Positions 1 through 9,923 of a DNA stretch of 64,000 nt are shown piece by piece; position 1 is the stretch's first letter, and every line of letters starts with the position of its first letter. A program made the position numbers and the translations under genes. The stretch lies in assembly GCA_964642735.1 (NCBI GenBank), contig CAZXSV010000011.1:21589-85588 (forward strand), given 5' to 3'. The DNA is from an uncultured Acidobacteriota bacterium (GTDB lineage Bacteria > Acidobacteriota > UBA6911). The notes beneath the pieces are model-generated. The model had not been told where the DNA came from and searched no databases. It worked only from the letters and a program-made list of their open reading frames with translations.

Positions 1-1614
1 CAGATCCAGAGACGTCCGGTCCCCAAGGTGCTTGAGACCCCACCCTTCGCGCGACGTCTGCTCGTTGCCGCCGACCGCCAGAACGACCACATCCGCCTCT
101 CTGGCGGCCTCGACAGCTTCTGCGATGCTGCGGCGGTCCTGTTCCGGATCGCCGGGAACGACTTCATCCTGCTGCCAGGACCCCCCGATCGTGATCTTGC
201 AGCCTTCCGAATAGAGGACGTTAAGTCCGGCTGCGCGGCTGCGGATTCCCTCCAACAGAGTGGAACACCGTTTAGGCCGGCCGCTGTAGCCGCCCAGCAG
301 CTGGCGATCGGCATTCGGCCCGATGACGGCAAGCGTTTTGATTCTGTTCAGATCCAGCGGCGCAATCCCTCCGTCGTTCTTCAGCAGCGTGATCGTTTCC
401 CGCGCCGCCTGAAGCGCCAGGGCACGATGCGCATCGCATCCCACGATCCTTTCCGCCTCATCCGGATCGACATAGGGGTCCTCGAACAGCCCGAGTTTGA
501 ATTTCCACGTCAACATGGGGGCGATCAGCTCATCAAGCATGGACTCCTTGACAATGCCTTTTCGGACCAGCTCGACGATGTGGAGGTAGCAGTCAGGATC
601 CGGCAATTCGATATTGACGCCTGCCTTGATCGCCAGGGCAGCCGCCTGCCTGCCGTCTTCCGCCACAAAGTTGCCGAAAAAGCCCGGGCGTTCGTTCAAT
701 TCCCGGATGGCGTAATAGTCCGAAACAACATATCCCTTGAAGCCCCATTCCTTGCGCAAAACATCCCGAAGAAGCCATTTATTGGCATGGGACGGAACGC
801 CGTCAATTTCGTTATAGGAAGCCATCACGCTGATTGCGCCGCCTTTTTTTATCGCTTCCCTGAAAGTGAACAGAAAAGTTTCACGGAGCACACGCTCCGA
901 CACATTGACAGGGGCGCAGTTGGTCCCGGATTCGGGCTGCCCATGGGCGGCGAAATGCTTGAGCGTCGCGATAAGGCGCGTTTTATCTTTAAACGTCGCG
1001 TCTCCCTGGAATCCCTGGACAGCCGCGATGCCCATGCGCGAAACCAAATAGGGATCCTCGCCGTAGGTTTCCTCAACCCGGCCCCAGCGAGGCTCGCGTG
1101 CGACATCCACCACGGGCGTCAGCGCCTGGTGCGCCCCGCGGATGCGCGTCTCCAGGGCGGTCATTTCGAAAAGCTTCCGAACCAAATCCGGATCGAACGT
1201 GGCGCCGAGGCCGATCGGCTGAGAAAAACTTGTGGCGTCCACCGCAGCGTGCCCGTGAAGACATTCTTCGTGAACAATCACCGGAATCCCGAGACGGCTG
1301 CGTTCAATGAAAAACTTCTGAATGGCGTTGGTCAGCTCCGCCATTTGCCTTGCGTTAAGCCCGCCTCCTGAATCGCTGGCCCGTCCGACCTGGCCAAGCC
1401 CAAGACGCTGTTTGAATTGGGTTTTTGCCTTTTGCAGATCGAATTTTCCCTGCTCGTCAATGAGCGTTTCCTTCTTTTTCTCCCACATGCAGAGCATCTG
1501 GGCCGCTTTCTCCTTCAAAGTCATACGCGAAAGCAGGTCCCGTGTGCGGCGCTCAGCCGGAAGACTCGGATTCAGATAAGCAGGCTTCGTTCGTGGTTTG
1601 GATTTTGATTTCAC
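1..1614 (-). CDS. Glycoside hydrolase family 3 beta-glucosidase (BglX-like); 3' end runs off the window start
   Basis: Absent from the ORF track because there is no stop inside the window. My reverse-strand translation from GTG at 1614 (AAAGGAG 6 nt upstream) stays open to position 1: VKSKSKPRTKPAYLNPSLPAERRTRDLLSRMTLKEKAAQM...GIPVIVHEECLHG...KHFAAHGQPESG...GFKGYVVSDYYAI...LAVIGPNAD, which are GH3 signatures. The listed 28..1371 + ORF is its antisense shadow. Confidence 0.85.
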   Translation of the reverse strand, partial: MKSKSKPRTKPAYLNPSLPAERRTRDLLSRMTLKEKAAQMLCMWEKKKETLIDEQGKFDLQKAKTQFKQRLGLGQVGRASDSGGGLNARQMAELTNAIQKFFIERSRLGIPVIVHEECLHGHAAVDATSFSQPIGLGATFDPDLVRKLFEMTALETRIRGAHQALTPVVDVAREPRWGRVEETYGEDPYLVSRMGIAAVQGFQGDATFKDKTRLIATLKHFAAHGQPESGTNCAPVNVSERVLRETFLFTFREAIKKGGAISVMASYNEIDGVPSHANKWLLRDVLRKEWGFKGYVVSDYYAIRELNERPGFFGNFVAEDGRQAAALAIKAGVNIELPDPDCYLHIVELVRKGIVKESMLDELIAPMLTWKFKLGLFEDPYVDPDEAERIVGCDAHRALALQAARETITLLKNDGGIAPLDLNRIKTLAVIGPNADRQLLGGYSGRPKRCSTLLEGIRSRAAGLNVLYSEGCKITIGGSWQQDEVVPGDPEQDRRSIAEAVEAAREADVVVLAVGGNEQTSREGWGLKHLGDRTSLDL

Positions 1615-1867
1615 TACATTCTCCTTTATCGCTGCACCGCCGCCTATTATTTTCGCCGCTCGGCCATCTTGTGCTGTTCTTTTCCACAACATTGAGTGGA
1701 CGCATCCGGCGGAGGGGCACTGAATGGCCCTGTTGGGAAGACGGCCATTCGGCCCTTGAATTTACGGAAAATTCCTTAACTGTGCGTTTAACGGGGTGTT
1801 ATAGTACCACGCGTTCAAACGGCAAACATAATAAATTCATGATAGCGGCGATTCCCGGGATGCAGAA

Positions 1868-2635
1868 ATGATCGCAAACGACAGCCATGTTTCCGAAAAA
1901 AAATTATTGCTGAGGGTTGACGGCGTTGCGATCGCCGGCGAGGTCTTTTCCCCGCCGGGTGGGCGGACTCCACATCCTGCGCTTTGCCTCTGCCACGGCA
2001 TCCCTTCCCCGAATCCGAGCCCTTCCGATGAGGGATACGCCCCGCTTGCCAGGCGTTTTGCGCTGGAAGGCTTTGTCGCCTGCACGTTCAATTTCAGGGG
2101 GACCGGACGGAGCGGAGGCAATCTGGATCTGCTGGACTGGACGCGCGACCTGAATGCGGTGGTCGAAAGCCTGCTTGAAACCGACGGCGTCGATCCGTCA
2201 AAAATCTTCCTCATGGGATTCAGCGCGGGCGCAGCGGCGGCCATCTATGTCGCCGCTCATGACGGGCGCATTTCGGCTGTAGTCAGCTGCGCTTCGCCCG
2301 CGGAGTTTTGCTCACTGCGTCTGGACGAGCTGCTGGAGCAGTGCCGCCGCCTGGGCACGATCAAAGATGAGCTTTTTTCCTTCTCTTCCGAGGAATGGCG
2401 AAATCATTTTTTTGAAATCAATCCCATCCGGTGGATCGGCAAGGTTGCGCCCCGCCCGTCGCTCATCCTCCACGGGACAGACGATGAACTCATCAATATC
2501 GACCATGCAGAGAGGCTGCACCGGGCAGCGAAGGATCCCAAGAAGCTTGTCGTCCTGCCGGGAGCAGGACATCGGTTAAGAGTCAGCGATGCGGCTATGG
2601 ACGCCGCCATGGCTTGGCTGAAAGCTCTTTGTTGA
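1868..2635 (+). CDS. Alpha/beta hydrolase (dienelactone hydrolase / S9-like)
   Basis: 255-aa ORF with a GFSAGAAAA nucleophile elbow (G-x-S-x-G) and C-terminal HGTDDELI and GAGH motifs. Confidence 0.8.
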   Translation: MIANDSHVSEKKLLLRVDGVAIAGEVFSPPGGRTPHPALCLCHGIPSPNPSPSDEGYAPLARRFALEGFVACTFNFRGTGRSGGNLDLLDWTRDLNAVVESLLETDGVDPSKIFLMGFSAGAAAAIYVAAHDGRISAVVSCASPAEFCSLRLDELLEQCRRLGTIKDELFSFSSEEWRNHFFEINPIRWIGKVAPRPSLILHGTDDELINIDHAERLHRAAKDPKKLVVLPGAGHRLRVSDAAMDAAMAWLKALC

Positions 2636-2688
2636 AAAAGCTCTCCGAAATATCCGAAGCAAAAATGCGATCCCCGGGAGGGGACAGT

Positions 2689-2913
2689 CTAGGGCTCGAT
2701 TCCCATATCCTTCAAATGCTTTTTTTGCGATTTTGAAAGCTCTTTATCGCTTTGCATTCGAAATTTCTCATAAGATTTTTTCAAATCTTTGTGCATGTTG
2801 AGATAAATGAACGCCTGGGCCGCATCTTCAATCGCCTTGTACTGCACCGAATTCTTGTCGAAAGCGTTCGCAATGGATTCCAGGATCAGCAAATTGTCTT
2901 CCCATTGTTTCAT
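2689..2913 (-). CDS. Small hypothetical helical protein (74 aa)
   Basis: Lies inside listed ORF 2689..3108. The ATG at 2913 directly follows a GGAGGA RBS. Product starts MKQWEDNLLILESIANAF...; no family recognised. Confidence 0.45.
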   Translation of the reverse strand: MKQWEDNLLILESIANAFDKNSVQYKAIEDAAQAFIYLNMHKDLKKSYEKFRMQSDKELSKSQKKHLKDMGIEP

Positions 2914-3477
2914 GAATCCTCCGTCTGATGCCGTTCGCATCCGCCCGATCGGGCGATGACGATTTCGATTCACAATAAGGCAATCCGGCCGCTCTTTCAA
3001 CTTCAGATTGCCCCGGCAAATGAAAAACTCATTGAACCGATCATGGAATAATCCGCGACAAAAGCGCAGAAATTCATCAGGCGCCCCTGCACTCCGACGC
3101 TGGCGCATCTCGCGCGTTTCGCGGCAATAAATTCGGGCGCTGAAAAACAGGCGAGCGATAGGCCGTGATCTTAACCCGCATTATTCATGAAGCTTAGGGC
3201 CTGCGCAAAAATAAGTTCGCACTTTGGCGCGAGCGCCGGGCGGGCAGATGCAAGGCGGCGCGACGCGGGCGATGTGGGACATCGTCGAGGAGCGCTAACG
3301 CAGCAGATGCCCGCCCGCCGCCGCGCCCCGCAGGGCTGCCGGCTCTCAGAATCGCAAACATCTATGTCACTTTTTCGTATGTTCAACCAACCTGAGAGCC
3401 AGCAGCAAAATGCGAAATTTTTGCGCCGGCCCTTATGCAGCGGCGACGGATCCGGCTTGAAGCGCAGGGCGAATAAA

Positions 3478-3527
3478 GGCGCCGCCCTGTTTCCTGGCGG
3501 AAAAAATGGGCGGCGCCCCTATTTTTT
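3478..3527. terminator. GC-rich hairpin with flanking T/A runs (bidirectional terminator-like)
   Basis: GGCGCCGCCC (3478-3487) pairs perfectly with GGGCGGCGCC (3508-3517). It is followed by CCTATTTTTT on plus and TTTATTCG on minus, and lies just downstream of the minus gene 3532..4011. Confidence 0.6.
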
Positions 3528-3531
3528 AAAA

Positions 3532-4011
3532 TCAGTCGGGCAGGGACCGGAGCGCGATGTCTGAAAATTTAAAATCCAGCACAGCGTCGGAATTCTTGAT
3601 AGAGAAAAATTTATTGAGGTTCAGCTTTTTTTCAAACTGGACAATTCCGGAAATCTTCGATCCTTTGGGCAACTCTCCATCCACAAAATTCTGAAGATTT
3701 AACACAACGGTCCCCGGAGTTTTCTCCTCGTCCTGGATGGCGATGAATTTGGTGTCCAGTTTTGCGTTTTTATCCGCAGTTCCCGAAATGTAGAAAGCCG
3801 TCCCTCCGTCGGTCTTGGCTTTGACGGTGTCTTTGCTGGCGCCCTTGAATAGCAGATCGATCGTCTTATCGGTCAGAAGCATGAAGTTCAGTTTTGTCCC
3901 GCCAAAATAGGTGGCGCGTGTAAATTCCTGAACGAGCTGCCTTTGATCCTGTGCAGAGGCCACGGAGGCAAAAAATACCCCTAATAAAGCGAATGCTAAA
4001 ACTCTTTTCAT
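3532..4011 (-). CDS. Secreted hypothetical protein (signal peptide)
   Basis: N-terminus MKRVLAFALLGVFFASVASAQD is a classical Sec signal. The rest is Lys/Asp-rich and looks beta-rich; no family recognised. Confidence 0.6.
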   Translation of the reverse strand: MKRVLAFALLGVFFASVASAQDQRQLVQEFTRATYFGGTKLNFMLLTDKTIDLLFKGASKDTVKAKTDGGTAFYISGTADKNAKLDTKFIAIQDEEKTPGTVVLNLQNFVDGELPKGSKISGIVQFEKKLNLNKFFSIKNSDAVLDFKFSDIALRSLPD

Positions 4012-4286
4012 CTCGAATTATTTCTCCCGGGGAAAAGTGATCAAGGTGAGTTCCTATCCTTCCAAAACATTATAAGATTAATTCAAATCGTGGAATTTAA
4101 CAATTGAAATGTCTCGCCGCGGGCGCAGCGGCGGCCCCCGGACCCGATCCGTCTCATAATTGTGTTGATTTTTCGGGCTTCAAAGCTAAAATCCGGATAC
4201 GGCAACTCCGTATTTTCATGATGGTTGCCGTCAAACTGGGGCGAGCGGCGCCAACCCTGTCTCGGCGAACTGAGTTCAAGGAATCC

Positions 4287-5510
4287 ATGCATAAACTCAT
4301 CAAGCGACGCCTCCATTTGCCCCCCTCGATCGAGCGCCCATCGGAAATCTGGATCTACTTATTGCTGGCCGGATCCGTTGCCTCCACGCTGGTTTCGATC
4401 GCAATCTCGCAGATTCTGCTCGCCTCCTCCATGATTTTATGGATTGGGGCGTCGAACCGGTCAGACAAAAAAGCGCTTCTGAAGCTGCCGTTTCTGCCGC
4501 CGCTCCTGGGATTTTTCGTCTGGACTGTCGCGTCCGCAATGGCGTCGTCCGAACCTGTCTCCAACATCCTGGCGGCAAAAAAGTTCTTCCTGTGCCTTCC
4601 TTTGTTTTTGGTTCCCGCAATCGTAAGAGGCGAAAAGAAGCTTTCCTGGATTTACCGAGCCCTGTTCGCCCTCTCCGCGCTGTCGGCCGGCGTGGGACTC
4701 TTCCAGCATCTCTCGAATCCTGATCGAGACCTTTCTCACCGGATATCGGGCTTCATGAGCCATTGGATGACCTATTCCGGGCTGTTGATGCTTGTTCTTG
4801 TGCTGCTTATAAGCTATGCGCTGAACGGCCGGGTCCGAAACTCCAGGTGGATCATTCCGCTCGGCTGCCTTATTTGCGCCGCAATCATCCTTTCGGAAAC
4901 CCGAAGCGCCTGGATGGGAGCGATCGCGGGCTCAGTCCTCGTCATTCTGTTGAAGCAGCCGCGCGCGATTTTCGGCTTGTTTGCGATCGTTGCGATAGCC
5001 TATTTTGTTTCGCCGGAAAAGATAAGGCAGCGGCTGCAATCCAGCTGGAATCTGCAGGACGTCAACACAAACAATCGACTCGAGATTTGGGGCACGTCCC
5101 TGCGACTGATCCAGGACAATCCGTGGTTCGGCGTCGGCCTCAAAAACGTCGACAGCGAATCCTTGCGCTACAGGCGGAACCGGGAGTTTCCCGATTGGGC
5201 GTACCAGCACGCGCACAACAATTTCCTGCAAATTGCCGCCGAAAGAGGAATCCCCGGGCTGATGCTCTGGATGTGGCTCATTCTTCGGCTCGGTTGGGAC
5301 GCCGTGAAGGTCTATCGATCCGCCCGGGCCGCTTCGGGGAATTCAGGAGAAGCCCTTGTCGCATCGATCTCCGCTTTGGGCGCGCTGGCCGCGCTCCTGA
5401 CCGCGGGGCTGACGGAATATAATTTCGGGGATTCGGAAATTCTCCTCCTTTTCTTTTTTATTGCAGCCGCTCCTTATGCACAAACGCCAAAGCTGCAAAG
5501 GGCGGATTGA
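4287..5510 (+). CDS. O-antigen ligase / polymerase family (Wzy_C) membrane protein
   Basis: Polytopic membrane ORF with the loop motif QHAHNNFLQIAAERGIPGL typical of the O-antigen ligase family. I prefer the ATG at 4287 (AAGGAA RBS) over the track start at 4104. Confidence 0.75.
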   Translation: MHKLIKRRLHLPPSIERPSEIWIYLLLAGSVASTLVSIAISQILLASSMILWIGASNRSDKKALLKLPFLPPLLGFFVWTVASAMASSEPVSNILAAKKFFLCLPLFLVPAIVRGEKKLSWIYRALFALSALSAGVGLFQHLSNPDRDLSHRISGFMSHWMTYSGLLMLVLVLLISYALNGRVRNSRWIIPLGCLICAAIILSETRSAWMGAIAGSVLVILLKQPRAIFGLFAIVAIAYFVSPEKIRQRLQSSWNLQDVNTNNRLEIWGTSLRLIQDNPWFGVGLKNVDSESLRYRRNREFPDWAYQHAHNNFLQIAAERGIPGLMLWMWLILRLGWDAVKVYRSARAASGNSGEALVASISALGALAALLTAGLTEYNFGDSEILLLFFFIAAAPYAQTPKLQRAD

Positions 5511-5618
5511 AAAAGGAGGCGAAAAGGATGGTGCGATAGGATTCCGGCCGTTGACCTCGTTTTTCAGCGCGCTCCTCTTCCGTGATTGGGAAATCGAGCC
5601 AAGGGAGTGGCAGGAATT

Positions 5619-7574
5619 TCATCCGCTGTGTTTATGATGGTCTCGGCCGAGGAAATAATTCACCCACGACGATGTCTGCCAGAGATCCCAATTGCACGGG
5701 GGGACGATATTGGCGCCGATCTCATCCTCCCTATGCTGCGCTTTAAGACGCAGATAGGCCCTTACCCACACACACAGCTTATCTCCGGGATAGACCTCGC
5801 ACCAGCCGTGATAGCTCCCGCCACAGGGAGCGTTGCGTTGATCCTTGGGGCACTGCGAAACCGGGCAAAGATACGCCGCATCAAATAAGGCGCAATCGCC
5901 GCAGTCTTTGCAGCTATAAAGCGCCGTCTTGCCGCCTCGTTCAAAAAAGTGGAGCGCTTTATAGAATAGCCTGGATGAATCGACAACCTTCATCAACCGT
6001 TTCAGCGGCTTGAAAAAAAGGCTTTCCGGTTTGAAAGCCAGCGCATGGACTAGCCGCGAAATTAAATAGACCGGCGGCTGGAGAGGTTCTTGAACTCTTC
6101 TCGCCGGCTGCATTGTATTGAGCCCGGTCGCCGCATCCCGCCGGAAATAATAGAATCCGTTTTTCTGCGGATAGTCAAATTCCGGCAACAGATCCCTCCA
6201 GTTTTCAGCCAGTTCATTCCCTTTAGCGGCGATGTATTCCACGCTTTCGAACGGCAAACCTTGTCCGCTGATATAGGCGCCTTTGTATCCCATTCCCTTC
6301 GCGATGGCGAACATTTTAGCCGCCCGATCCAGCCTTGCCTGCTTTCCCTTGTCCTTGCTCTCGAATTCCGAGGCGATTTGGGCGAGCAATTTTGAGGTGA
6401 CAACGCATCCCGGGATGTTATTTTCGTGCATCGCTTTTGCCACTGGATAAGAAAGAACGTAGATGCTCGCCAGCGCAGGGATTCGATATTCCCGGATTTT
6501 CAGCCACAAAAGGAATTCCTGCAACTTGCGGGCGTCGTAGCCGACCTGGGTGATGGCGAAATCGGCGCCCGCCTCCATTTTTTTCTGCATTTTATAAAAT
6601 TGCCCCATCGTCTCCGCTTCCGTCTGTTTGAAAGGCGAGAACGCAACGCCGGCGAAGAAGCCTGTAGGCGCCAGACGGACGGGCTTCCGCAGAATCTCCC
6701 GCTGCATGCCGCGGTTCATCTCTGCCACCAGCCTGAGGCCATTGACGGAGTCCAGGTCGAAAACCGGCTTGGACTTCCCGGTAAATCCCAAAGCGGACGG
6801 ATAGTCTCCGGTCAATATCAGAACATTGTGGATGTCCAGGGCGGCGAGCTGAAACAGGAGGCTTTCCGCCTGATTCCTGTTTTTATCGCGGAAAGCGATG
6901 TGCACGATGGGCTCGATGCCCGATTTGAGGATCTCCGCGCACAGGATGTCGGTCGCGATAGCCGGATTTCCTCCGGGATTGTCGGTGATGCTGATGGCGC
7001 ACACCTTGCCGCTCCGGGCGGCTTTGCGGGAATTCTCCAGGACTATATCCTGGCGCGTTTCAAAAGCTCCGGGCCCCGGGATCTGCTCCCACGCCAGGCA
7101 AAACTTGTCAGGATCCATCATCGATCTTTTAAAACGGTTCTCCCTGGCTTTCATCTTTCGTTCAATGGCTTCCGTCAGCGCGAAAACGAGACGTTCTGCC
7201 GGAAAGAAAGGGCTGGGGACTCCTTTTTGAAAAACGTATTCTCCAATGCTCCTGCCCAGATTTTCATCGCTCAAAATCCGGAAGCCGCTTCCGGATTCGC
7301 TTCCGTCGACAATGAGTATGGCGGCGTGGTGCGATATCCATCCTTCCAGCAACTCGCGATAGAATGCCGGAACGTCCTGGGGTGAACTCAGCCGGCCAAG
7401 AACGATTAAGTCCGGACGAATCTCCGTCAGTTTCTTGCGCCCTTCGGCTTCGTCAGCCGCCCAATCCACCGAAACGGCCACGCCGGCGGCTTTGCGGACC
7501 GCCTCCGGCAATTCGGCGTCTCGCCCGATCGCCAATATGCGTTTAGTTGAAAGCTCAGATTTCATTTGCAGCAT
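5619..7574 (-). CDS. metF: Methylenetetrahydrofolate reductase fused to an N-terminal degenerate receiver-like domain and a C-terminal MetV-like Cys-rich domain
   Basis: The central region has ITDNPGG...LILTGDYP MTHFR motifs. The C-terminus has CKDCGDCALFDAAYLCPVSQCPKDQRNAPCGGS (MTHFR_C/MetV-type CPK...PCGG). The N-terminal ~120 aa has a CheY-like layout but shows ILAIGRD and LIVLGRL where DD and the phospho-Asp are expected. Confidence 0.8.
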   Translation of the reverse strand: MLQMKSELSTKRILAIGRDAELPEAVRKAAGVAVSVDWAADEAEGRKKLTEIRPDLIVLGRLSSPQDVPAFYRELLEGWISHHAAILIVDGSESGSGFRILSDENLGRSIGEYVFQKGVPSPFFPAERLVFALTEAIERKMKARENRFKRSMMDPDKFCLAWEQIPGPGAFETRQDIVLENSRKAARSGKVCAISITDNPGGNPAIATDILCAEILKSGIEPIVHIAFRDKNRNQAESLLFQLAALDIHNVLILTGDYPSALGFTGKSKPVFDLDSVNGLRLVAEMNRGMQREILRKPVRLAPTGFFAGVAFSPFKQTEAETMGQFYKMQKKMEAGADFAITQVGYDARKLQEFLLWLKIREYRIPALASIYVLSYPVAKAMHENNIPGCVVTSKLLAQIASEFESKDKGKQARLDRAAKMFAIAKGMGYKGAYISGQGLPFESVEYIAAKGNELAENWRDLLPEFDYPQKNGFYYFRRDAATGLNTMQPARRVQEPLQPPVYLISRLVHALAFKPESLFFKPLKRLMKVVDSSRLFYKALHFFERGGKTALYSCKDCGDCALFDAAYLCPVSQCPKDQRNAPCGGSYHGWCEVYPGDKLCVWVRAYLRLKAQHREDEIGANIVPPCNWDLWQTSSWVNYFLGRDHHKHSG

Positions 7575-7728
7575 ATTTTCGCTTTTTCCTTTAAAATATC
7601 AGCATGCCATGAATCGGCTAAAATTCACAATCTTTGATCTGCCGCCGGGATGACTGCGGGCGATGGAAGCATGGATCCCGCCGGCGGCGGCATCCGCCGG
7701 TGCGACGGGTATAGCGACGGGGGGGAAT

Positions 7729-8208
7729 ATGAAATTCGGGCTTTCACTGGCGGCGCTGGTTTTGTTCATTGCGGTCTGCCTAATGGCGGGCGGCTTGGGA
7801 GCGATTTTCACGGCCGGCGCCGTGCGGGATTGGTATCCGGGGCTGACGAAACCTTCATGGACGCCCCCAGGCTGGCTGTTCGGACCGGTTTGGACCGCTC
7901 TTTATCTTATGATGGCCGTCGCCGCTTGGATTGTCTGGCAAAAAAGGGGGTTCACCCACGGAAGCGGCGCGCTGGGATTGTTCTTCTTTCAGTTAGCCCT
8001 CAACGCGGCATGGTCTCCTCTCTTTTTCGGACTGAGAAATCCGTTGGCGGGATTGCTGGATATTGTTCCTTTGTGGGCCGCCATTTTGGCGACGATCGTC
8101 TCCTTCTGGAGAATCGCCCCGGCCGCCGGAGCTTTGCTGGCGCCGTACTGGCTATGGGTCAGCTACGCCACGGCTCTTAATTTTGCCTTGTGGAAAATGA
8201 ACCGGTGA
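7729..8208 (+). CDS. tspO: TspO/MBR tryptophan-rich sensory protein
   Basis: Contains WYPGLTKPSWTPPGWLFGPVWTALYLMMAVAAW and five hydrophobic segments. The ATG at 7729 follows a GGGGGAA RBS. Confidence 0.85.
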   Translation: MKFGLSLAALVLFIAVCLMAGGLGAIFTAGAVRDWYPGLTKPSWTPPGWLFGPVWTALYLMMAVAAWIVWQKRGFTHGSGALGLFFFQLALNAAWSPLFFGLRNPLAGLLDIVPLWAAILATIVSFWRIAPAAGALLAPYWLWVSYATALNFALWKMNR

Positions 8209-8690
8209 ACGATCAAAGGCGCGCATCCATTCAGCTTGGAAGGGATAAAGAGGTTTTCACTCTGGAGTCGCGCCTTTTCATGCCTCATCCGGTCGAGCGC
8301 GTTTTCCCTTTTTTCGCCGATGCGGGCAACCTCGAGATCATCACTCCAGACTGGCTGCGATTCGAAATCCTCACGCCCGTTCCGATCTCGATGAAAACCG
8401 GCGCGATCCTTGAATACCGATTGCGCCTTTACGGCGTTCCATTCCGCTGGCAGACCGAAATCACCCTATGGGCGCCGCCGTGGCGGTTCGTGGACGAACA
8501 ACGGCGCGGCCCCTACCGACAATGGATCCATGAGCATGTATTCATTGAGCGCGATCGTGGGTGCGAAATGCGCGATTCCGTGCGGTACGCCGCGCCCGGA
8601 GGCAGGTTGACGGGCTTTCTATTTGTTCAGCGCAATGTGCGACGGATCTTTGAATACCGCGCCCGGAAACTTGAAGAGCTGTTCGGCTGA
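8190..8690 (+). CDS. SRPBCC-superfamily protein
   Basis: 166-aa ORF overlapping the tspO stop. Its size and pattern (FPFFADAGNLEIITPDWL...YRQWIHEHVF) resemble SRPBCC/cyclase-like proteins. Confidence 0.55.
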   Translation: MENEPVNDQRRASIQLGRDKEVFTLESRLFMPHPVERVFPFFADAGNLEIITPDWLRFEILTPVPISMKTGAILEYRLRLYGVPFRWQTEITLWAPPWRFVDEQRRGPYRQWIHEHVFIERDRGCEMRDSVRYAAPGGRLTGFLFVQRNVRRIFEYRARKLEELFG

Positions 8691-8694
8691 GCTT

Positions 8695-9645
8695 TCATAC
8701 GTGATTGCGCAGCTGCAGTTCGACCGGGTGAGGGTTCAGGTAATATTGCTTTTTCAGATAAGGCTCGTCGTACTTCCGGACATAGTGGCTGATCAGGGTG
8801 AGCGGAACGATCAGCGGGACCATCTTTCTCCGATACCGATCGATCACCTCCACCAATTCCTCTTTCTCGCCGGATGAAAGATTCTTTTTAAAATATCCGG
8901 CCATGTGCATCAGGACGTTTGCATTCTTCTGCGGCGTCGCTTTGAGTTTGAGCCCTTCCATGAGCTGCTTCTGATACTCCGAAAAAAGAATTTGCGACGA
9001 AACCTTCTTCGCGCCGGCGACGAGCCGCCCCAGGGATTGGTAATGCCTGGCGCTGTGGGAGAGGATAAGAAATTTGTGTTGGGCATGGAATTCAACCAGC
9101 CCTCCAAGTCCGGCGCCCCCCTCCAAAAGCTTTCTCCAGCGGGCAAGCGCAAAAACGCGCTCGATGAAATTTTCCCGGAGAGCCGGGTCGTGCAATCGCC
9201 CTTCCTCTTCCACGGGAAGAAGCGGGAAATGCGCCATGAACAAACGGGCAAACATGCCGACGCCTTTCCGGACAGCCATTTTGTTTTCGTTATAGACCTT
9301 GACCCGCTCCATTCCGCTGCTGGGAGAATCGCTCTTGAAAATAAAAGCCATCAAATTTTCTTTTTCCAGCTCCACGACACGTTTTTGAGCCCAGCGGACC
9401 ATCTGGTCGGTTTTATCGATTCCGGTTTTGATCGTAACCAGCCGCGGGGATTCGTGGTCTCCGGCAAGATGCATCGCTTCTCTGGGAACCGGCATCCCGC
9501 ATTCAACCTCCGGGCAGACGGGCATGTACTCGACGTATTGCCCCAGAGTTTCGGCGAGGAAACGATCCAGCTTGTGCCCCCCATCGTAACGGACTCCATT
9601 CCCGAGCAGACAGGAGCTGATTCCAATCTTGATCTTTGCAGTCAT
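8695..9645 (-). CDS. DUF523 + DUF1722 (YbgA-like) fusion protein
   Basis: The N-terminus KIGISSCLLGNGVRYDGGHK is the DUF523 signature. The C-terminal half (HSARHYQSLGRLVAG...HMAGYFKK) is YbgA/DUF1722-like. Confidence 0.75.
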   Translation of the reverse strand: MTAKIKIGISSCLLGNGVRYDGGHKLDRFLAETLGQYVEYMPVCPEVECGMPVPREAMHLAGDHESPRLVTIKTGIDKTDQMVRWAQKRVVELEKENLMAFIFKSDSPSSGMERVKVYNENKMAVRKGVGMFARLFMAHFPLLPVEEEGRLHDPALRENFIERVFALARWRKLLEGGAGLGGLVEFHAQHKFLILSHSARHYQSLGRLVAGAKKVSSQILFSEYQKQLMEGLKLKATPQKNANVLMHMAGYFKKNLSSGEKEELVEVIDRYRRKMVPLIVPLTLISHYVRKYDEPYLKKQYYLNPHPVELQLRNHV

Positions 9646-9923
9646 AGGCCCCCTTCTAACATTAGAAATCCGCCATTTCTATTTCATTTTTAACTCTGGA
9701 TGATCGAGTCTACAAGAACAAAGAAAAAAAGGACATCTTCACTTGGCGCCATTTGGCTTATTTAATTATATTGGCGCAATGAAGCGCGTTCGAATCAGGG
9801 AACTTGCCGGAAAGCGGTTTAGCGGAGGGAAATTAACAGCGAACCGTTTTCAGGATCCGGAGGGCCTTCTCTTGTCCTATCATGTACATTAGCGGAAGCA
9901 TCTCAAAAAAGGAGGTTCATCCT

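Noticed and set aside
28-1371. 447-aa plus-strand ORF, the longest ORF listed at the left edge
   Set aside because: The product is Arg/Ala/Pro-rich with no motifs. The opposite strand encodes an uninterrupted GH3 beta-glucosidase with clear signatures, so this is an antisense shadow ORF typical of GC-rich DNA.
6426-7385. 319-aa plus-strand ORF
   Set aside because: It is antisense to the well-supported metF fusion gene and has a low-complexity composition.
9780-9800. GCGCGTTCGAATCAGGG, which resembles a tRNA T-loop (GTTCGAATC)
   Set aside because: The flanking bases cannot form the T-stem, and there is no acceptor, D or anticodon arm around it.
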